Shown here one piece after another: positions 51,101 to 63,256 of a stretch of DNA of 64,000 bases. The stretch spans positions 18,228,995 through 18,292,994 of the forward strand of contig OZ037765.1 in assembly GCA_964035545.1 (NCBI GenBank). Reading direction: 5' to 3'. A program made the position numbers and the translations under genes. The stretch is from Bugula neritina (lineage: Eukaryota; Animalia; Bryozoa). Position 1 is the stretch's first letter, and every line of letters starts with the position of its first letter. Below the pieces are notes generated by a model. That model saw only the letters and a list, made by a program, of their open reading frames with translations. It was not told where the DNA came from and made no database searches.

Positions 51101-54100
51101 ACTTAATTTCTTTTAACTGATTTGTTAGCATTTTTTCTTAAGTTACAGCATAGTTTTTTATTATTTACGTACATTACACTATGTAAACTAAGCATCAATA
51201 TAATTTTTCTTCACTAGTCTCTTAATATGTTCCATAATATTGCTTAAATTTCTATAACCTATTACATATGTTTATTACTTAAGATTTAGATTATACTTTA
51301 AGGTTTAGCTGAGTACTAGATCAGAAATGCTGAGAAAATTTATGGAAATATTTATTAAAATGAGATGAGAGACTGAATGTGCTTTAGCAGCAACTAAATA
51401 GGATATTTCTCATTGGAACTAATTTGATTACAGCACAAAGCAATTCCTCATCACCATGTATTCTGACATCCTGCTACATGTGTAAACCATTTCAGTAACC
51501 AATTGATTCCAATGCTTTAACTGTCTAAATTGATGAAGTTGTGTTACAGAATAATGGAGATGTTCCTACCTCATATAAACAAAAAAATGCCTTCAAGGAA
51601 ATTATTAGACAAGGTAAGTTGTTGCTTCCCCCTGTTTTTGTTATGACAGATAATATTCTGTATAAAAAATGCATAATGTGGTAATGAAAGTCATGAGGTT
51701 ATTAATTTAATATTAACTTAAAATGGCCTAATGTTATAGTAACAAAACAAAGTCCTCAACTAAATAGATTTTGTACCTGCTGGTAGTGCTTGTCAATCAG
51801 ATTTGTTTGCAACAGGTATACTGCGGAATGAAGATGGGATACCAGAAGATGAAGAGAATTTCCAAGAAGCTATAGCAGCTGTTAATACAGCTTTACATGA
51901 AACCAAAGTTACCTCATCTCTTCAAGCTTTGTTAGCCCATTCTCTCACGTGTGAAATAACTGGAAAGGTACCATTTAGTCTCTCTTTTAGTTTAGTATTT
52001 TATTATGAAGCTATATTAACAAGTTAAGTGTGAACATTATGTATATGATTTAATAAACTGCGACTCTGAATTTCAGTGATTCATTCGTTTTGTTTTGCAG
52101 AGTAGTAATTTTTGGATACTTTGTCAGGCATTGAAAGAATTCATCAAGTGTGAAGGTGGGTTTTTAACTTTCCAGAGTTTGATTGTCTATAGATATGACT
52201 TTTTAACCTATCCTTTGGTATGAATTGATAAATTGATTAGTTAAAATGGTAAATGTTTCTTTTGATTTTTGATTACCGATAGCGAGTTTTTATAAGATGC
52301 TAATCGGTTGTCGAGCAGGTTGCCTGCCGCTACAGGGCTCAATACCTGACATGACGGCAGACTCCAAGACTTACATTGCTCTTCAACACGTCTACAAGAA
52401 CAAAGCAACCCAACATATCAATCAAATGCATGAGAAGGCTAATGAAATTAAGCTATTGTTTCAAGGAGTAAGTAGCTAATTCACCATTGAATTTAATTTA
52501 CATAAATGCAAAGCAGTACCAGTCTTTAAAGGTGAAAAAATATTTTTTTAAAGCATTGTCTGGATTTTAGTACAAGTTTTCAAACTCTCATGTCTAACTA
52601 CGTACTGCTAATTTTTGGGTTTCAGGGCAAAAGAAGTGGCTCAAAAACATATTAATACATGGAATACGATTCCGGTAGTTATTTTCAGCAGTTGAAATAA
52701 TATATTACATTAGTTTTATTTTTACTTGTATTTTAAAGTTACTACATGTAACTAACTTGTTGTCAACTTTATTTAGTGTGAACATCCCAGTCCAACTCGT
52801 TTGGTATGTATTTATTCATGCGACATTTTTATAGTGTAATTTACCTGTTGGTTTTATTGTGTTATGAATTTATTGCTAGTATGCAACTGGGTGCATGCAT
52901 GCAGTTTACTGGGTGCTTGACTTGATTTAACTTGCTTTCCCTGCATGAACTTTTGAATAATATCTTGACTTTAAATATTTCTATGCGTAATATTTTCTTT
53001 TTAGCCATCCGAGACCATTACCATTGACAGCGTTCGTCTTTTCTGTAAGTGAAATATTCATTATCATTATATTAACATCAACTGGTATTGCCATTTTTTT
53101 AAAATATTGTCACATTCTTTCTCATGCTGTTTTAGGTAGGAATATTTCCAATTTATCATTGGTCAACTGCAGGAGTCTAGAGTTAGAATACGGTGCAAAA
53201 ACTACTAATACACAGCTTTTAGGTAAACTATATTTTTACCTTTCTCATCCTTACCAATTATCGATTGCCAATTGCCAATCGTCAGTTTCCAGTTGTTAAT
53301 TGCCAAATGAGTAATTTTTAATGTTGCTGGTTGCTGTTTTGCATCACCACTCTTCTCAAAGTTTCTAATGGCTGCACTAACCACTACAACTGTTTTATTG
53401 TGGGAGCAAAAACTTTTGGATTGGTGTAATTAGCTGTAAACTGGTAGACTCTGTTATTAAGTAGCTTTTGAGTTTGAAGCAAATTATATAACACTTGTAA
53501 GAACAAATCCACAGAAGGTAGAATTTTCAGCCAAGGATGTTTTCTCCAATTATTGGCCACTAGGCATGGAATATATCCTCTAACTCAACAGTTTGCGACA
53601 ATTGTATGTAATGAGTGTTGTAATGCTGCAAATAGATTATGTCGAAAACAATTGAATTAATTTTAGCATGTTATTGTATATTGGTACCATAGCATGTTAT
53701 TGTATATTAGTTCTGTAGCACTATGCTATTGCAGCTGAAACCTATTGCATGCCTTCGAGTATAGCCAAGTGTTAGAATGCCAGCCAGTTTAATATTTGCA
53801 CCAGTCGAAGCTGATAGTCATGTGTGATTATCTCATATTTCCTTCAGGTTATCTTCATGCTCACTCAATATTATTTAACCCAATTTTATAATAATGGATT
53901 AGTTTATGTGCTGTTTGCTGCAGCCCAGAAATTAGAAGATGTAAGTGGTAATGATTATGACGTTGCGTATTACATCATGCTGAGAGCTGCTGATGAGTTC
54001 TATAAGCAGTACAACAAGTTGCCAGGCTGGTATGATGATCAGATTGAAGCTGATATTCCATTACTTAAGGTACAGTGTCTGTTGTAGGGTGACTATTTGC

Positions 54101-55399
54101 AACAGTTTCACCGCACCTTCTCATTTGTAGCCAGTGGTGTTAAAACATTTGAATTGAAAAATGCTGACTTTAATTTTTTTGGCATCATTATTTTATTCAC
54201 TCAGCATTTAGGTGATCTATGAAAATAAAAGGTGTTGAATAGCTTGATAAAATATTTGGTTTCTTGAAGTCTAAATCTAACTCCTACGAAGAGATTTCGA
54301 GCTCTAAGTTACACCAAAATTTTAGCTTCAAGTATAGTTTATGTTGTATCTTCATTATCGTTTTAAATAGTGACAAATAAACTATTTCAACAGGTAATTG
54401 TTAACAAGTTACTGTCAGATGCGGGGCTCACACTAACCATTGAGGAAGACTATATTCATGAGTTGTAAGTACAAATAATGCAATCCATACTTGTAAGCTA
54501 CGCCCTACGCAGAGGATTTTCCAAGAAACGTTATAACTATTGAAAAAAAATTCAGTTCACTAAAAAATTAAATACCCGAGTCAAAGCTTAAAAAGAGTGC
54601 TTGCTAATGGCAACCAGCCAATTAGATTAAATTTTCTACTGAGCTCTCTGAATTCTCTACTCGACATTTTATCCGGACACAACAACCCATTTTTGGGCTA
54701 GATGGATTTCCACATGCTGTCCGTGCGGGGATTCCTTGTCATGTGGCCATACGCTAACTTACATGCAAATCATAATTATGAAAATTTTGGCTCTTCCAGC
54801 TTCACTTTCTATATGCTATTGTACTAATTGACCCATGAAATGCTTTGGGGGTAAATTTCAGCAAAGGTCATCCTATGTTATTTTCTTAACAATTTAATAT
54901 ATTGCAATAAGACAAAGACAGCAACCATGAGCTTCAAAGGTTGTTTTTACCACCGAGCAAAGCATCTAGCTGTTTCTGGTCTTCTTTCATATACATCTCA
55001 CATTTTTGTGCCATCATTTTGGTGGCAATTTTGGTAAAATTGCAAACTTTTTTCAAATTGATTTAAAAGCAGATCCTATGAAATATACTATTGCGAATAG
55101 TTTACTACATGTAAAATCAATCTAAGCAGTAGTAATAAGAGAAATATTTCAAATTTACAATGCCCTAAATGCATTAAATTGTTTATATTATTTTCTGACA
55201 GATTTATATTGACATATTTTTTATACTTTATTTTTTTAGCTGTTCATATGGAGGTGCAGAAATTCACTCTATAGCTGCCTTTATGGGAGGCGTTGCTGCT
55301 CAAGAAATAATCAAACTCATTACAGGACAATATATACCTATACAGAATACCTATATATACAATGGCTGCACGCAGAACAGTCTTGTACTTGACCTCTGA
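48146..55399 (+). CDS. NAE1: NEDD8-activating enzyme E1 regulatory subunit (APP-BP1 / Ula1), ~16 exons
   Basis: [16 protein letters not shown]|[29 protein letters not shown] (48146-48474); [23 protein letters not shown] (50401-50573); [10 protein letters not shown] (~51816-51968); [24 protein letters not shown] (~52318-52468); [11 protein letters not shown] (53924-54069); [31 protein letters not shown]..stop (55240-55399). Confidence 0.97.
53664..53730 (+). repeat. 26-bp tandem repeat (~2.5 copies) in NAE1 intron
   Basis: tagcatgttattgtatattggtacca / tagcatgttattgtatattagttctg / tagcactatgctattg. Confidence 0.8.
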
Positions 55400-55613
55400 A
55401 ACATGGGGCTTTTTGAAAGTGAAACTGTAGTTATTTTGTTAAATAAAATGTTGTAGCGTATTATCATGTTTATTATATAAAGACGTAATTATTTATGTTA
55501 AATATTGTATATCTGAAATTTGAAAGTCAATAAATTGATTCTATAATCAGAAATATTAATGCAACTATAATGATAAATATGAACAGTAATAATCATAGTG
55601 AAACCAAAAAAAA

Positions 55614-58445
55614 TCACCGTAAAACCCACCACAATATAAATATAACACAACAAGAAATTACAGCTCCTAATATAAGGGAGTCCCTTTTTTTCCTGATGTT
55701 AATTCGTGACATAAGGTTGTTTATAACAGGAAACCGGTCTGAATTGCAGTATTAAGGAATAATTCAACTGCAAGCAAATGCAACATTGATATAACTATCT
55801 GATAGGTTATGGTGAAAGAGTACTGAAAAAGAATTTCCCAATTTTTCCAAGCCTGAGACTTCTCAATTATGACTACTAAGCACAATTGCAAAATTATGTT
55901 ATTTGTACGATATTAAACAAACAAGATTTTTAAACTACAAAAGGATACTGGACATTTCCTGCATCTTCTTTGATATCTGTGTAAATGTACTTCTTTGAGA
56001 TAGAAGGTTTTCCTTCGTACTCATAGCAATGCTGTAACATAAAATAATTTAGAAAAAATTTAAATGCGTATTTCTTGTAGTGCTACTGTTGAGTAACACA
56101 TGCGACTTTGACAGCTGGTGAATGTCTATATTATATAGAAGATATATGATTGAAATGCAAAGCATAAAGTATAAAATCTCTGGAACAAAAATATATTCAT
56201 CGGTCAATGGCTATGTTGTAGTTTTTACTATAAAAAATCCCAAAAATAATTTAACAAAAATGTATTGTCAACTATCACATTTATCAACTATTAGTGTTGA
56301 CCAAACAGAGCAGAGTGTAGCACTGAGTGTGGTCTACATACACATATACAGGACAAATATTTACCTTATTTGTTCATCCACCAGTCTTTCTGAACTGCAA
56401 TATAAAAAAGTTAAAAGAATAAGTGACCATGACATAATGATATATGGAAACTTGAGTTGTAATTTATTGATGTGAAGGATTGAATTAATCTGAACTTATG
56501 GGAGACTCACTTTCTGAGATGTTCGTTCTCCTTAAGATACAGATCTGACTTCCGGTTGCCTCTGTAACCACTAAATTCATGATAAAATTAATGAATCAAG
56601 ATGATATACTGTTGGCTGTATAACATTGAACAATAAAATGTGCACTCTAACTTACTCTTTCAAATTCCCAAAATGGCTGTTCTCAACAACACAAGCTGCT
56701 TTTGCTACATTTTAAAAATGAAAAAAAAAACACAAAACTAAATTATAAACTTACTCCATATCTCGCCGAACCCCTCCCATGAGGTCTTCACGCTGTCTAT
56801 ATTGTTGAATGTTAGACTTGGTTTTTCGGAACTCATTGCTATAATCTTGTAAGATTTCTCTGTGTCTTTGCATTGTATGGAGAAGTGCAGCACTACCAGA
56901 GTTCATGCCTGTTAATCAACTGACACAAGTTATATCACCTTGAACTAGTCTGTATGCCTGCATATGCAGCTCATGGGGTACTTAATACTGCTATCTACCA
57001 GCTATGTATTTGCTACTAAATCATAACTAAAATAAGAAATGACCAGAAATAATAATGTTTGGCAACATCAATATTTATAATATATATAAGAAGTGCTATA
57101 GAAAACAGCTACAAGCTTATGACAGAAAGAGACGAATATTTCATCTCTTTAGCAACATATCTATGAATATTATTTTTAGGTGTAAAGTATTAAAAGAAAT
57201 TATGTGTTGATATTGCAGATATCCCCACCAAATTTAAAAATTCAACACTAAATTGTTAAAAATTAAAGTTGACAAATCTTTAGTATTAACTAAGATTAAC
57301 TTACCCAGATTATGAGTATAGTCTACCATCTTGTCATTAATTCTAGAAAGCCTTGCTAGGAGCTCCTCCAACTCTACCACCATAGTTTCAAACATGTGGT
57401 CATTACTGAGAAGTGGTGATGAGTCACTGTAACATTTATTCAGGAGTTATTTCCCTTTATTTTATTTGCATATCGTTATTTTTAAATCCAGCTGAAACTG
57501 AGTTGTTTTAATACTGGGTGAAATTACAGTACACTTGAAAACATAGATTTTACTCAACACAATGGTAAGAACGTTATAATAAGTTGAATGTCATAATGGT
57601 ACTCGTTTTTTCTGATATTAGAATTTGATGACCTATTGTTATAAAAACTTTAGGAAACATAGTATGATTTTAAAAGTTTCGACTCAATAATTTTACTCGT
57701 CACAAATATTCACGCTTAAACATATTTTAAATGTAAACCCCTTCTCCCACAAACAATCTTTTTGTTAAAGCAATACAAGCTGACTGCCTAGAGACTTTGA
57801 AATGACCATTTTGAAAATTTCCGCAGTTTTGACCATGATTTTCCTAAAATAGTATTACTGTTAAAAATGATAAAATATCAATATACAATGCTTATAGATG
57901 TTGTTATGATAGAAGTTAACTAGATAAAATAGCTTCCAGACTACTACAGCCAAAAAGCATTAGTTTCCAATCTAGAGCTTAAATAGTTAATGGTAATCAA
58001 CAGGTTATATTCTCACTGAAGAGTGAGTTAAAAATTAGAACCAATTCCGAGGCTAAGAAGTAATTGAGACCAGCCCAAAACTCATTTAACTAGCAACTCG
58101 TGGTGAATCTGATTGTTCAATCACATGCTCACCTGAGACCATCTCGGTGATTGCTGTAACTGGTTCCAAATTTGCTAAATGAAATCAGCTTTAGATCAAT
58201 ATCATTTTCTAGCTGTCTGGCTTGCTTTCTTAAATCTACAAAAATTTTCAAAAAGTTTACAAAACAAACTAAAAATAAAATACGTTAGACCACAGAGTAC
58301 TGTTATGTATTGGTGAACCATGTTTAAATAAAATATATTCCAATGAATTGAATTAAAGTTTTAAAAAACAAACTCTCATTTAAAATTTTAAATAATATAG
58401 CAAAAAAGCTGAACCTAGCCACTTACCTTCCCATTCAATAGCCAT
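55614..58445 (-). CDS. GOSR1: Golgi SNAP receptor complex member 1 (GS28 / Gos1, Qb-SNARE), 8 coding exons
   Basis: Exons 58445-58427, 58235-58133, 57426-57305, 56908-56755, 56570-56511, 56394-56365, 56031-55949 and 55738-55614. They give MAIEWEDLRKQARQLENDIDLKLISFSK..HTMQRHREILQDY..YLKENEHLRNSERLVDEQISIAMSTKENL..RFPVINNLMSRINIRKKRDSLILGAVISCCVIFILWWVLR-stop (C-terminal transmembrane anchor). Absent from the ORF track. Confidence 0.97.
55739..55948 (-). other. U12-type (minor spliceosome) GT-AG intron, last intron of GOSR1
   Basis: 5' splice site GTATCCTTT (55948-55940). Branch site TTCCTTAAT (55759-55751) 10 nt before the AG, with no polypyrimidine tract. The reading frame is preserved across the junction. 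Confidence 0.95.
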
Positions 58446-59519
58446 TGCTCACAGATCTTACTAGAAACACATCAAACTGAGTTGGATACTGCTCACAAAT
58501 AATCCTGCAAGTTATATTAATGCAAAGTTAATTGGATAAATAGAACCTAATCAACTAAGTGCATGATATTTTTTTCAAATCAAGTATACAATTGCCAGTA
58601 TTAGCAGCCTAACTGGAACATTTATAAATATCTCCTTTAATACTAATTTTATAATTGTAAAAATGGAATAAAATCATAATTACTGCAAACTAAAACAGAT
58701 AACGAGTTTGACTTATTTAAATAAATATACTAAATCTTATTATACACTAAGTTAAAGTCCAACATAACTGGAAAATCAACAAATACCTGCTAACTATTAC
58801 AAATTCAGCAATTAGTAATAATACTTGACACTCACAGTTTTAAAACTAAAGAGTTTAACAACTAGTGCTTAGTCATGAAAAATTACAAGTTTTACATTGA
58901 AAAAAGCATTAAGATAACTTTTTAGATGATTAAAATTGAATGTGTTCAATTAAAAAACACGCAAAATTATCTCAGCAATTTACTATACTTTAAACTCTCC
59001 AAAAGATCTAATAGCTATTGCAGTATATGGTGATCAACCGTTGCTAGGCTTAATGTAGTGATTTTTAAATTTATCATTATTCATTGATTAAAGTTGCATC
59101 ATAAATAGCAAATTACAAATTGATTCTCTACATTCAGATTACTAAACGCAATTTATAGTAATTGTAGGTAACTTTTTAAATAGAAATTATATATATTGAC
59201 CTAATTAGCTTGTCTTAAGAGCTTTTCTCTGAAATATGACTAGAGTCTAGACTTGGTAAGCCATTGAAATGACTTTATTTCTGTGGTAACTTCTGCTACA
59301 ATTTAAATTTGATTAGGTCTCAGCATTACATGTAACTTCATAATTACCATAATTATAATCCTTTGCTGATTAACTTAATCAAACTGAGTATCACTATCAG
59401 TACCAGCATGAGTATTACAGAATTAAATTTATTCTTGCTTATTTACCAATTCAAATGTGCAATGTGCAAATTGAAATGATTAGCATAACTTAAAGCAGCC
59501 ATAACCATAACATGCCCAT

Positions 59520-60750
59520 GAATATCACCATAAATGCTATGGTAGTAATACAAATACTCTAATAGCAATACTAATAGATCATTACCAATTATTAAACCTA
59601 ATTACTACACTACTATTAGCAACTACTATTACTATTAGTATTGCTCTAACTATAAATATAAGTATAATACTATTAGTATTAGCATTAGTATTGCTAATTA
59701 TTATTATTCATTTATTGCATTACTAACTTATTATTAATACTATTAGAGTATTATTAGTAGTAGCATTACAGTTACTAACTATAAGAATAACTTCAAGCAG
59801 TAGTGAGTCTACTAGTTTTGAACATTATAATTATCATTGACTTTGTATTTAATTTTACAAAATTTACTACTGCTATCAGTATTACACTTCGAGTTAGTGA
59901 TTGACACACAGTTAGAGTTATGACTTATGAGTTAATCTTTATGTTATGGCTAAGTCCACAAAGTTACACTTACACTTACACTTACTGATAATATTAGTAT
60001 TACTATTAGTATTATTATAATTAGAAATAGTAATACGAATAGCATTACTAATATTATTATTATCATCATCACAATCACTGATCACTATAAAAGTATAATT
60101 ATGATACTGGATATGATAGTGTTATTTTTATTCAGTTTCAGTTTGTGTTTTGCTACACTTTGACTTACAGTTAAAGTTCAAGTTACACTTACAGTTAGCG
60201 TGAACGTGGTACTGGTAACCGTAATGCTAACTTCAAGTGTAATGATAATCATAATGAATATGATATCCGTATCGGTATGGAGGTATTGTCATTGCAGGTA
60301 TGCACTAGACCTAGTCTTAGACATCATGATCATCATACTGAGACCGTTACCTATTAGTATTATTTATTAGTATCAGTAGGACTGCAAGTGTATAACTATG
60401 AGTATTACTTTAACATAGTTCAATGATACTAATAATGTCAAACTCAAAGTCGATGCGAATGAAAATTAAAAAATAATAATATAAATAATAATTATAATAT
60501 CAATATGAATATCGTCGTAACTATTTGTATCTTTTAAATTCAGCAATTATTATTACTTAGACATAATTTTAACATGAGCACAAATTTATTTAATTGTAAG
60601 GATAAATCAATTAATGTTATTAACATTAACTGATTTACCCTTCAGCTTCAAGTTTCACTTTTCTAAGCTTACAGTAAAACGAAAAGTCAATGTAACGCCA
60701 ACAGCGATTAATGCAATGGTGACATGTAACTCTAAAGTAACTTTAATAGA
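59520..60750. repeat. Period-3/6 low-complexity tract upstream of the GOSR1 CDS (inferred 5'UTR intron)
   Basis: tactattagcaactactattactattagtattgct; gttacacttacacttacacttact; ttacagttaaagttcaagttacacttacagttagcgtgaacgtggtactggtaaccgtaatgctaact. Confidence 0.85.
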
Positions 60751-62734
60751 CTGAGTTCTAGAAAAATTGTATGGATTGAACTATTTTAACCTGGCTAGTT
60801 CAACGACAGCATTCTATTAAACTCCAGCTACGATCTTGTAGTTCCGTGAGTAATATTTGCAGGTAAAAGTTTAAATGAAAAATATCCCTAAAGGTTTGTT
60901 GATTATTATAAAGGTCAATGTATGGAGTTGTCTTTTTAAAATAACAAAAATTACTCTGAACCCATGACCATTAATAATTGCCATTTATTAACATCATTTC
61001 CAATTGCACATCTAATATTATTGTGAATGTAATGGCATAAGAGCTAAGTAATTGGCCATTAAAAATAAACTGTTTTTTGTTGCAGCTTATAATTGTATCA
61101 TATATTATAGATAATTTGCTGTTGGAAATGTTCTTGGGCATTATGATCAATCCTGGTTTTGCAGTCCATAACACTTTTAATACTTTTAATCAAAATATGA
61201 AAAGAAAAATATTATAGCTATAATATACATATCTTATAATAATATTGTTGTAAAAGGCTTTCATAGTGTTATATAATTTTTAGTTCCGCTTGAAGTAAAT
61301 ATCTAAAATTATCTCCTAAACTATAACATTATGTAGAGTCTTGAAAAAGTTTGCCGCATTTATAAAAACTAGCAAATCATTGTCAAGAAATTGATTAATG
61401 TAGTAGTGTGAACTGTGAAACTTTTTTTAATGTTTCATATGAATTTATGGTGATCTGCTTGTCAACCTCTAAATGACTTTGCGGAGTTGTGGTCTCTATG
61501 TTAATAAACTTGATTAATGGTGGACCATTGACTCACAACAAATATTGAAATATCCTTACCATCAGGAATATATAGGAGAACTCCAAATATAGAATTATAA
61601 GCAAATTTATGAGCTTTGAATTGGCACAATTCAACAAAAATTTGAGACAATTTTTCTTAAGAACCTCCATAGTCAAACTAGTTTAGGCAGCTAGTTGTAT
61701 AACATAATATATTTCCAGCTAGCTGACATCATAACGCCCACATATTTGTTATAAATTCAATAATTTCCACTAAGAAATGATAGCTCTGATTTCTGTATAA
61801 CTTGCATTTTCAATGCATATAAAAATAAAAATAGAATAAATCACATTTTAGCGCCTGATTTAAAATTTAGAAGCTTATAATTCAAACATAAAGCAAGTTT
61901 GGTAAGTCATGGTAACTATATTAGGATTACTGCAATTCAAACAATACAAACTGAACCTACAGAAACCTAATTATTAAACAAAGATTTTTTTGGGTATCAG
62001 CCAATAACTTTGGTATACAATAGAGAAATTAACTTGTTATGCTTCTCTTCAAGGTTTGCATATACCAAGACAGTGGTGCACCCAAATACTTGCCAAGGGT
62101 GCTTTTGTACACACACAAAACATGATAAAAAGCAAAGGAAATTATGAATCATAATAATTTATGTACTTGAATAACATATAAAAACATAATTTACTTTCTT
62201 TTAAAATAACGCCTTCAACATTATGCGCATATACACACAATTCTAATTATGTTCTAAATGGACAAAAGCAAATAGTTATCAGCCCAAAAAGGAAATTAAT
62301 ATTCTGGTTGCAGTGTTGAAACTATAAAGAGAAAGTTCTATTGTAGAGAATTAGGCAAGGCCCAAGAGTATCCTTTCATTGGTATAAAAAGTCCATAACT
62401 TCTTTTGCTTCACTCAAAATGATTAATCCCGGTTTTTATTATAAATTAATGACACAAAGCTCTTTGATAATGCTAGTCTTTTGTTAGTATCTAACAAGTA
62501 CTTTGGTTGTTTTCTAACTGGTACAATAGATTGCGAAAATTATCTCTAATTTACAGTCTTGAAACAGTTGTAAGTAATTGATGACTGCAAGGTACAATAA
62601 GTTGAATGTGGTGCTTTTAATATAGCGTAATACCATGTGCATGCAGTTCAAAACAGTTAAATAACTAAATATAGACTCATTATTTACAAAAAATCACGAC
62701 ACAATTATGTAAGTAAAAAGATAAATTATAATAC

Positions 62735-63256
62735 TTAAGTTGAAGATGATCTAGGTATGCATGTAAACTTCTCTACTATTTTTGTGCAATTGTCACATTT
62801 CACTTCACAACACCAATGAAATTGACAGTTGCAAGTGGAAGTCTCACTGACTGAAACTTGTTTAACTTTGAGTCCACATGATTTACATAACCGGTTGCAG
62901 GATTTCCTTTCCCATCGGTTTTCAGAGTGTCGCACTGAAGGTCTGGAGCAGGCTCGGCCAACCGCTCCAGATGTACCATAGTCACTGTTGGCTGTACAAA
63001 AGTTTGGCGAGTGCTCAAGATATACCAAATCTTGCTTTGATATCTGTAGAATATCTCTCTCGTCTCTTCGTTGAACACTGTTTCCCTTACGGAGCTGACC
63101 ATTTCGTGCATCTACCATTACAGCTCTAAAATATTTTCTTTTGAGATAGTCTCCAACAGTTCTAAATTCAGGCAGCTCTTTCCAGCAGGTCCTGATGCTG
63201 CAACTTCCAGATACACCGTGACATTTACACGTTAGCTTCAGCGTCCTTCTCACTGC
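62735..63256 (-). CDS. WNT8: Wnt ligand, Wnt8 subfamily; last coding exon (remainder beyond the window end)
   Basis: Acceptor ttttag|GCA at 63256. Wnt motifs CKCHGVSGSCSIRTCW, LVYLEHSPNFC and CNCQFHWCCEVKC. The segments QLRKGNS and RWERKSCNRLCKSCGLKV resemble vertebrate Wnt8 (QLRAGNS, RWERRSCGRLCTECGLQV). Confidence 0.93.
   Translation of the reverse strand, partial: AVRRTLKLTCKCHGVSGSCSIRTCWKELPEFRTVGDYLKRKYFRAVMVDARNGQLRKGNSVQRRDERDILQISKQDLVYLEHSPNFCTANSDYGTSGAVGRACSRPSVRHSENRWERKSCNRLCKSCGLKVKQVSVSETSTCNCQFHWCCEVKCDNCTKIVEKFTCIPRSSST

Noticed and set aside
54500-55170. Possible TE in the last NAE1 intron
   Set aside because: The composition looks foreign, but I could not find TIRs, a TSD or a second copy.
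29446-55948. Functional cluster of RNA-processing features (SMG1, SF3B6, RPL7, U12 intron)
   Set aside because: Adjacent housekeeping genes are expected in a compact genome; nothing in the sequence shows co-regulation beyond the shared SF3B6/RPL7 promoter.
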